From a virus (taxonomy: Duplodnaviria; Caudoviricetes): 64,000 nt of DNA. Positions 57,714-64,000 of this stretch are shown here, in pieces. The notes beneath the pieces were generated by a model, which saw only the letters and a program-made list of their open reading frames with translations, was not told where the DNA came from and searched no databases. Position numbers and translations under genes: made by a program. The DNA lies in the IMG/VR virus record IMGVR_UViG_2731957907_000001, positions 1-64,000 of that record, one strand, 5' to 3'. Numbering within the stretch: position 1 is the first letter of the stretch; every line of letters begins with the position of its first letter.

Positions 57714-58156
57714 CCGATCAATCGCTGATTGAGCTCAGTGCCGCCACTGACCTGGCCGAGGTCTGTGCCGCCGATCTTTCCGGCGAGGCCTTAGGGTGGG
57801 CAGTCGGCAAGGTGCAGGGCATTGAGCTGCACCTGGATGGGCCAAAGGGATACCTGACCACTTGGCGCGTCTACTACCGCCAAGGTGGCAATGTGTCCTA
57901 CCGCTTCGAGCGGTACAACCCACAGGAAAACTGGATGCTTGGTGGTCCGCTGGCTGACCAGCACTGTAAGTCATTCGGGCACAACAAGCACATAGGCGCG
58001 GATGGCCAGTGGCGCACGTTCGCTTACAAGGAAGGGCCGGTGCTGATGCGCCTGGCCGGCGGCGATTCGATCCTCATAGCACTGTGTCGGGCCATTGTCC
58101 TCCTGTATAGCGGCGAGACAGTCAAAGTACCAAAGGTGCTGATCTGCCATGGGTAA
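57710..58156 (+). CDS. NinX/DUF2591-like protein
   Basis: LSGEALGWAV, YNPQENW..GGPL, LIALCRAIV. Confidence 0.7.
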   Translation: MTDQSLIELSAATDLAEVCAADLSGEALGWAVGKVQGIELHLDGPKGYLTTWRVYYRQGGNVSYRFERYNPQENWMLGGPLADQHCKSFGHNKHIGADGQWRTFAYKEGPVLMRLAGGDSILIALCRAIVLLYSGETVKVPKVLICHG

Positions 58157-58160
58157 GCGC

Positions 58161-58201
58161 GCAAACCCCCGCTAAATGCTGGTGCGCCTAACAGGTAGCG
58201 T
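58161..58201 (+). promoter_or_regulatory. Late-type promoter inside the early region
   Basis: GCAAACCCCCGCTAAAT box, TAGCGT. Confidence 0.65.
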
Positions 58202-58392
58202 AATGGTGCCGGCGTGGGCCTGTTCATGCCTGCCCGGCCGTGCACTACCTACTGGCGTCGAGCAGACGGCCGAAGTCATCGGTCGGTAAGACACTAAAGC
58301 ACCTTAAAGCATTAAGGCGCTTTTAGCACTATAAGCACCAAGGCGCCTATGGTATTGTGCGGTCCGTCAGCCAGACACACAAAGGAATCCCC

Positions 58393-58767
58393 ATGGGCCA
58401 CCCCTTACCACTTCAAGATCCCACTACCGATATCGGCAACTGCGTGCTGGTGCCTATCGCATGGCTCAAGCATGCAGTTGAGCTCCTGCGGGAGCACGGC
58501 GAATCTGGACCTACGATCCAGAAGCTGATTCAGCGCGCCAGTACGTGGCAGAGCCATAAAGCCCCTGGCCAGCGCCAGGTGAAGTTGTCGGAGCAGCGCG
58601 CAGAGTTCGAAGCCGCCCACCCGGTACCAGATGTTGTTTTCTGGGCCGAAGCCGAACGGACTTACCTGGCCGTCAGGGACTGCCCAGAGCAGCACGCCGC
58701 GGCGAATCAAATGAACGCGCTCTATGCCGGCTTCCTGCTACGCGCCCGCACCCCGGAGGGTCTGTAA
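58393..58767 (+). CDS. Hypothetical protein
   Basis: AAAGGA RBS before ATG 58393. Confidence 0.6.
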   Translation: MGHPLPLQDPTTDIGNCVLVPIAWLKHAVELLREHGESGPTIQKLIQRASTWQSHKAPGQRQVKLSEQRAEFEAAHPVPDVVFWAEAERTYLAVRDCPEQHAAANQMNALYAGFLLRARTPEGL

Positions 58768-59345
58768 TGCACAACAAACTTGCCGCATCCATTTCAGCCG
58801 CAACCGGCGTAGCCCCGGCACCTTTCAAAATGCTGTTCGAGTCAGCCACCGGCGATCGCCTGGGCGAGTTGTTCGAGACTGATGCCGGCACTCTAGAATT
58901 TGAGGGCAAGGCAGAGGAGTCTGCCGGCGAGCTGTTCAGCCATGTCGTGCAGCGCCATAACAGCGCGTTCTCCTCGGCCGACCGGCGCATCAAGTTGATG
59001 ATCGAAAAGCTCCAAGGCGCGATGCCAGATACACCGGGCGACTGCGTTTTGAACGTAGCCTCCGCCACGATGCAACGGGTGCCGGCAGTCACTTTTGAGA
59101 ACCTGGCAAAGATGGCTGACGATTTGCGCGCCTATGAACTGTCCGCCAGAAATCGCCAGATCCGCCAGCTTGCAGAACACATGTGGGGACTTGGCTGGCG
59201 CGATCCGTCGGGCGACCGGGAAGGCTTCGTAAAGGCAATGCAGTCGCTTTTGACGCTGTGGGATGAACGCAAGCAATCGGCGGCCGGCCTGTTCGATGCC
59301 GTCAACGTCCCCATGCCTTCAATGCCATGGAGGGACGGGCTGTGA
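58767..59345 (+). CDS. Hypothetical protein
   Basis: TAATG coupling, GGAGG RBS. Confidence 0.6.
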   Translation: MHNKLAASISAATGVAPAPFKMLFESATGDRLGELFETDAGTLEFEGKAEESAGELFSHVVQRHNSAFSSADRRIKLMIEKLQGAMPDTPGDCVLNVASATMQRVPAVTFENLAKMADDLRAYELSARNRQIRQLAEHMWGLGWRDPSGDREGFVKAMQSLLTLWDERKQSAAGLFDAVNVPMPSMPWRDGL

Positions 59346-59569
59346 GTCTCGCTGCCGCTGTATATCTGAACGCCGTGCTGTGCGCCGACGCCACACGCGA
59401 GAATTGCGACCCACCCGAGTTCATGTATGCGCCACAGGAGTCTGCACCGCTGGCCGTGCGTGCGGCTACCTGCGAACAGCTGGCCCAGGTCATGAACCTG
59501 GTGCAGCTGGACGAGGCTGTGTACTACGTGTGCTCTCCATCGAAGGGGGTGACCAGTGAGCGCGCTTGA
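59342..59569 (+). CDS. Small Cys-containing hypothetical protein
   Basis: GTGA overlap with upstream gene. Confidence 0.45.
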   Translation: MSLAAAVYLNAVLCADATRENCDPPEFMYAPQESAPLAVRAATCEQLAQVMNLVQLDEAVYYVCSPSKGVTSERA

Positions 59570-60452
59570 GCAATCCCCGCGGCGAGAGCTCGTATTCACA
59601 GCCAGCCAGGAAAGCTGGGAGCGCATAGACCAGGTGATGGCGCTGCAGGGTCATCACCAATATAGCCTGACGGTGGCGCGGGGCTTTGCCCTGGTGCAGT
59701 GGGTACTGGAGCAGCAAGCCGCCGGCCGGGTCATTGGCGCTATGGACAGTCCGAGCGCTGACTTTCTGCCTTTGACCGAAAGGCCCGAACTGCTGGCACC
59801 CCGGCCCAGGATGCAGATAGTCCCAGATCAGCCGACAAGCGCTACTGAGGCCTCTACTCAGTCCGAACGTACCGTTGATGCCCAGGGCGAGCCGGCTGCG
59901 GCCTCACCTCTGGCAGCACTCAAACGGCTCGAGTCATCGGCATCGCGCCAAGACTATGAGCAATGCACTCAGGCCGCTAAAAAGGGTTCGAAGAACGCCC
60001 CGCTGCAGAAGGCCAAGAAGTTGATCATCCCTCGGCGGAAAGCGAAGGTCGACATTCGACCGACTTGTCCTGGGCGCAGTCCAATACGTTCGCTTGAAGC
60101 AGCCCGCGCTGAGGCGTGTGCAAATGAAACGCCGGACCCGATCGAACATGACGGCAAGCCTTTGCCGTGGAATCTGGAGCATAAGTACATGGCGTCTCTC
60201 CTGGAAGGCAAGCAAGTACCAGAGGCGACACACTTTCAGATTGAGGGGCCTGGTTATGTAGGTATCTATGCCCACCGCCCCAAAAAGGACTGGTGCTTTT
60301 GGGACCCCTTCAGCCGCTGCTGGCGTCCGGACATGAAGGCCCGGGAGGGGATGGTGTGCCTGTACAGCATCCAAGCGGCTATAGACTACCTGCAGGTCAA
60401 AGCCAAGGAGACGCCACCAGAGCCCGAGGTCTATGACGAGGTGATGTATTGA
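59556..60452 (+). CDS. Hypothetical protein
   Basis: 298-aa ORF in operon with G-rich RBS. Confidence 0.6.
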   Translation: MSALEQSPRRELVFTASQESWERIDQVMALQGHHQYSLTVARGFALVQWVLEQQAAGRVIGAMDSPSADFLPLTERPELLAPRPRMQIVPDQPTSATEASTQSERTVDAQGEPAAASPLAALKRLESSASRQDYEQCTQAAKKGSKNAPLQKAKKLIIPRRKAKVDIRPTCPGRSPIRSLEAARAEACANETPDPIEHDGKPLPWNLEHKYMASLLEGKQVPEATHFQIEGPGYVGIYAHRPKKDWCFWDPFSRCWRPDMKAREGMVCLYSIQAAIDYLQVKAKETPPEPEVYDEVMY

Positions 60453-60637
60453 TGATCAATGAAGCGGCAGTACCCATCCGACGCTTGAGCCAGGATGAAG
60501 TCAGGCAGGCAGGACCAGAACTGGCCAAGTCCGGATTCGTCACTGGTGATGCGCACGATGCGACGGTGGCTGTCCTGCTCGAGCAAATCGCAGTGCTCAG
60601 GCAGAACCCAACAAGGCCCCGCGCTGAGGACGACTAG
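60449..60637 (+). CDS. Small hypothetical protein
   Basis: Coupled; GAGG RBS. Confidence 0.45.
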   Translation: MMINEAAVPIRRLSQDEVRQAGPELAKSGFVTGDAHDATVAVLLEQIAVLRQNPTRPRAEDD

Positions 60638-60697
60638 GCGCCCAAAGCACCAAAAGCACCAAAAGCACCAAAATCACCAAAATCACCAAAAGCATCT
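60635..60697. repeat. 9-bp tandem array (AAA[GT]CACCA)
   Basis: Seven units, five near-perfect; same family as the parA-flanking arrays. Confidence 0.85.
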
Positions 60698-60698
60698 T

Positions 60699-60723
60699 AA
60701 TGCCCGGCACGCCGGGCATTTTC
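60699..60723 (+). terminator. Intrinsic terminator
   Basis: AATGCCCGGC-AC-GCCGGGCATT followed by TT. Confidence 0.7.
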
Positions 60724-61080
60724 ATATCCAGCACAAAGCCATGTACAGGCGCTAAAAGCACTATGGCGCGATAGTGCTTGGGCACTGCGCAATGATGATC
60801 GGTACCGTGAGAGTAGCCGAGGGCGGCGGCGGGAAGGCCGCGGATAATCTCTCGGCTACACCAGAAAGACCAGATAGCGCCAGGTAGATTGCAAGGAAAA
60901 TGGCCGTACAGCGGGGGTAACGTTTGCTCATGTGAGTGTCCAGATAGTTTATCGAACACCTATTTAGTGATCGCGCATTTCTGGTATCGCGTTAGCGCTT
61001 ACAGCCCACCAGCGGTGCGCTAATGCGTCTGATGGTAGGCCTGCTAGCACTGCGGTGCGGCTAACAAAGCAGGCGCTCGC

Positions 61081-61107
61081 TTGACGATATATCGAAACCG
61101 ATATAAT
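61081..61107 (+). promoter_or_regulatory. higBA promoter with palindromic operator
   Basis: TTGACG...TATAAT (15-nt spacer, short) overlapping TATATCG-AAAC-CGATATA. Confidence 0.6.
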
Positions 61108-61268
61108 CTCGCTGTGCGGCATCGGAATCTTTCCGGTCGCTTGGGGAGAAATCGGTACACACATCAGTACCGTCGGAAAGTGGATACCACATCGGTATCC
61201 CAGAGGCAGAGAGAGGAAAGCACCGATGAACAACTGCAACGCAGAACTAAATTCAAGGAATTATCTCC

Positions 61269-61595
61269 ATGTTCGACGAACCGAAGGCAATTGTGTGGGT
61301 GGGTACCAGTAAGGAAGACCTGCGGGAATTTCCACCCGTGGCCCGGCAGCGGGCAGGCTATCAGCTGGAGCTGATCCAGGACGGTGATGAACCTGCCGAC
61401 TGGAAGCCAATGGAGAGTGTAGGTAAAGGGGTGCGTGAGATTCGCATCAAATGTAAGGACGGGGCGTTTCGCGTGTTTTATGTGGTCAACCGGCCGGATG
61501 CAGTTTATGTACTGCATGCCTTCCGCAAGACTACAGAAAAGACGGAAGGGCGCGACATTGAGCTGGGCCGAGCTCGGTTCAAGTCGCTGGACTGA
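61269..61595 (+). CDS. higB: HigB/RelE (Gp49-like) toxin
   Basis: WVGTSKEDLREFP, DWKPMESVGKGVREIRI, YVLHAFRK. Confidence 0.9.
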   Translation: MFDEPKAIVWVGTSKEDLREFPPVARQRAGYQLELIQDGDEPADWKPMESVGKGVREIRIKCKDGAFRVFYVVNRPDAVYVLHAFRKTTEKTEGRDIELGRARFKSLD

Positions 61596-61723
61596 TGTAA
61601 AAATACACCCCATGCCTTAAAAAGCATGGGTTCAAGGTTGTCCCCCCACCTGCAAGCGGGGGGACAACCGTTCGAGTCCGACTCGATTACTTCTCTAAAT
61701 TACTGTTGTACTGAGGAAATTTA

Positions 61724-62011
61724 ATGATGGCAAACGAACGCTCTATCTCTGTGTGGGATGCGTTGGTTGACTCGCCAGAAGAAGCCGAGAACCTCCGGCT
61801 GCGCTCGAAGCTGATGCGCGTACTGACCAAGGTCGTCAAATCTTGGGATCTGCCGCAAAAAGAAGCGGCACGACAGCTGCACGTTACTCAGCCTCGCTTG
61901 AGTGAACTGCTGAATGGGAAAATCGACAAGTTTTCCTTGGACGCCCTGGTGAACTTGCTGGCCAGCGCTGATTTGGAAATTGAAATCAAAGTGAAGAAAA
62001 AAGCTGCCTGA
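61724..62011 (+). CDS. higA: HigA-like XRE antitoxin
   Basis: SVWDAL, QKEAARQLHVTQPRLSELLNGKIDKFSLDAL. Confidence 0.9.
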   Translation: MMANERSISVWDALVDSPEEAENLRLRSKLMRVLTKVVKSWDLPQKEAARQLHVTQPRLSELLNGKIDKFSLDALVNLLASADLEIEIKVKKKAA

Positions 62012-62401
62012 TCGAGGTAGCGAACACCTACAGGGCTGGCCTCATGGGCTGGCCTTTTTCATTGCTGCAGCTCTTACGCAAGGCAGCGCCTGGAACCAAC
62101 CAATCGTTTCGGCTTGCCTAAGGTAATCCATTAAGCGCCAATAGCACTAAGGTGCCATTGGCACCAACACGCCCACACGATTACTTTGTACCACCAGGTC
62201 GTTGCCCAGATGCATGAGCTGCACATGAGGTCCGACAGTTGGATGCTTGGTCCGCCGTACTGTACCTGCTGTTCAGCAAGCCTCAAGGCGGATCACGGTA
62301 ACTGATGATTCGTCAATACCTTTTGGGTTCGACGGCAATGATTATGCTGTGCCATCATTCTGATCTTGCTTAATCAAGCAAATCAGCCAAGGAGAATGCT
62401 A

Positions 62402-62740
62402 ATGCAAGTAAAAAATCACGTGCAATTCGACCGGGTCGTCATTGCCACCATGGGCTATCTAGCCGAGCACTTTCCCAGACCGGTGGATTTAGAGTTCGAT
62501 AAGCTAGGAGTGGTTCCTGGGCCTGCATTCAAGAATTCAGCGGGAGCCAGTGACGTACAAACAGAGCACTTTCCGAAGCACCTCTTTGCGTGCGATTGCG
62601 TGCGATTTCTGATCGCTGAAGGTTATGTCACTGGTGAGGTGAAATACGCATGGTGTGCAAGCGTTTGCCTCACGTCTAAAGGTTTGGATCTCATCAAGGC
62701 CCGTTTGAGCAGCCTAACTCCAGATTTTTATTTAGCCTGA
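62402..62740 (+). CDS. Winged-helix-like hypothetical protein (lower GC)
   Basis: AAGGAG RBS; FLIAEGYV...LTSKGLD. Confidence 0.6.
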   Translation: MQVKNHVQFDRVVIATMGYLAEHFPRPVDLEFDKLGVVPGPAFKNSAGASDVQTEHFPKHLFACDCVRFLIAEGYVTGEVKYAWCASVCLTSKGLDLIKARLSSLTPDFYLA

Positions 62741-62827
62741 AATCTGTGGATCTCCGCCCGCTGACCGATGACGAACCTTCCTGGGTTGAGCGACGCGTTG
62801 GGTCCCCCTTCCCATGGAGCGTAACCC

Positions 62828-63121
62828 ATGCCTGAGCTTCAACGTGACCCAGCCCCAAGTCTGCGCGCGATCCGTGCTTTGCGTTTGCCTGACCTGTACC
62901 GCGAACAGGCCGAAAACTTGCTGCGCAACATCTTTCTAGCCCACGAAGCAGGTCGAGCTGGCGACGCTGATGCTCCTGGCTTAGTGCGTGAATCGAAAGG
63001 GCGTGGAACGGGCTTTGCTCTCGGTCTGCTGGTAGGCAAGCGGATCGACCCAAATGCTGCTGCTCGCCTCTCTGAGATATTCCGAGCTGCAGCCGATGAC
63101 GAACAGGTGGCGAGCGATTGA
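62828..63121 (+). CDS. Hypothetical protein
   Basis: GGAG RBS. Confidence 0.55.
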   Translation: MPELQRDPAPSLRAIRALRLPDLYREQAENLLRNIFLAHEAGRAGDADAPGLVRESKGRGTGFALGLLVGKRIDPNAAARLSEIFRAAADDEQVASD

Positions 63122-63160
63122 GGGGTAACCCCTCAAACACATCGAGAAGGACACTCAGGC

Positions 63161-63691
63161 ATGACCGATTTTGATGATCCTATGATCGCTTTCGAACAAA
63201 CGCGTGCGGCTGAGCTGGCCGAATTTTACCGCGGCCTTGCCTTGTTGAGCGAGGTGACCACTCTAGATGACCTACGCGCACATGAGAGTTCGCTACGTAT
63301 GCGCCTGATGGAAATGTTGCCGGAGTTGATCAGCGGACCGGAAGCACAGGCTTTTCAATATCATTTGAACGCCATGCTCCACAGCTGCGCATGCGCGCTT
63401 GGCGAGGGAACAAGAGCCTATCCCAACCCCAAAGACCTGATTCAAGTTGAGCAAGATGCGCCCCAGTTACTGCTGCAGGTGCGCTCCAAAATTGAATTAG
63501 GGGCTGAGACAATTCGACGGTCATATCTCAAGGAGGAGTGGCATGGGGTGGGTGATCGAACGTGGGAGGTGGCAAGCTTCAGCGGTTATCTGCTGGGCCT
63601 GCATGAGCATAAGCTGCTGAGTACTGACCAATTGCACGTGCTGAGCAAAGAATGGGACTTGGCCCGCGCTGCTGCTGCGGAAGCTGTCTGA
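63161..63691 (+). CDS. Hypothetical protein
   Basis: AAGGA RBS; helical. Confidence 0.6.
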   Translation: MTDFDDPMIAFEQTRAAELAEFYRGLALLSEVTTLDDLRAHESSLRMRLMEMLPELISGPEAQAFQYHLNAMLHSCACALGEGTRAYPNPKDLIQVEQDAPQLLLQVRSKIELGAETIRRSYLKEEWHGVGDRTWEVASFSGYLLGLHEHKLLSTDQLHVLSKEWDLARAAAAEAV

Positions 63692-64000
63692 TGAGCAGCG
63701 CGGCGCTATCTTATCGCGGGCAGGCCAACCTAACGTTGACCTATGGCGCGACACCCGGGCTCGGTCGTATCTCTGAACGCCCGAGCATAGAGGTGGTGGT
63801 GAGCAGGCCATCACAAGGCGCGCCGGTTTCGGTGCTACTCGACCGCCACCTGGGAGCTGCCATGCTGCTGGCCCCAGGTGTTACGCACGTGTCTCTAGTT
63901 CTGCCCAATGGCAGCGTACTGGCCGGAGCGGTGCAAGAAATTTCAGAGAGCGGTGACTACTTTGAGATTTGCGCAGTGTCGCATGCGACACAGGGGATTC
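63691..64000 (+). CDS. Hypothetical protein, truncated by window end
   Basis: TGATG coupling; frame open to position 64000. Confidence 0.5.
   Translation, partial: MSSAALSYRGQANLTLTYGATPGLGRISERPSIEVVVSRPSQGAPVSVLLDRHLGAAMLLAPGVTHVSLVLPNGSVLAGAVQEISESGDYFEICAVSHATQGI

Larger units (their letters stand above)
1..64000. mobile_element. P1-like phage-plasmid (partial genome)
   Basis: Iteron replicon, ParA system and TA modules occur together with a myophage structural set in P1-like order (23-22-21-pmgG-bplB-pmgC-tub-pmgB; prt-pro; sit-pmgA-bplA-16-fibre) and Dar-like cargo proteins. Confidence 0.9.

Noticed and set aside
60635-60697. Tandem repeat as a CRISPR-like array
   Set aside because: 9-bp units with no unique spacers and no cas genes; belongs to the RGYRCY array family.
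60988-61027. Integron attC-like site
   Set aside because: GTTRRRY and RYYYAAC-like boxes are in the wrong order and there is no integron integrase.
61660-61690. GTTCGAGTCC as a tRNA T-loop or attP remnant
   Set aside because: No T-stem, acceptor stem or cloverleaf can be formed, and it is far from the integrase.
1-64000. Terminase, Cre/lox, conjugation, tRNA or rRNA genes
   Set aside because: No recognisable motifs; terminase is presumably outside the window.

Overview
Nearly the whole window is one P1-like phage-plasmid, a contractile-tailed temperate phage with plasmid maintenance genes. It is GC-rich and probably from a Pseudomonas (inferred from RdgC and pyocin-like fibre modules). Plasmid module: iterons plus RepA at the left end, ParA with a small ParG-like partner, and YefM-YoeB and HigBA toxin-antitoxin pairs. 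Virion module: portal, prohead protease, Sit-like tape measure with a GH19 domain, baseplate, a 2178-aa modular fibre, spike/PAAR, major capsid, sheath and tube. It also has DarA/Hdf/DdrB-like and LPD1/LPD3/methyltransferase polyvalent head-cargo proteins, a holin/SAR-endolysin/spanin cassette, a P4-type integrase, and an early region (RdgC, HTH regulator, lytic initiator with internal origin, Ref nuclease, ASCH proteins, many small ORFs). No terminase is recognisable, so the genome probably extends beyond the window. Product calls come from motifs and P1 synteny judged by eye, with no database searches. Main unexplained signals: (1) an apparently complete antisense small-RNA gene (sigma70 promoter, two covarying hairpins 60 nt apart, terminator) hidden inside the ORF of the LPD3 nuclease-like/MTase protein; (2) a recurring [ML]LD-[SAG] motif concentrated in head proteins, suggesting an Asp-specific maturation protease; (3) 13 late promoters with an invariant G[CG]AAA-N30-NANNNT geometry; (4) about a dozen dispersed 8-10-bp-period RGYRCY arrays, some inside genes; (5) further antisense RNAs and a possible overprinted membrane ORF.
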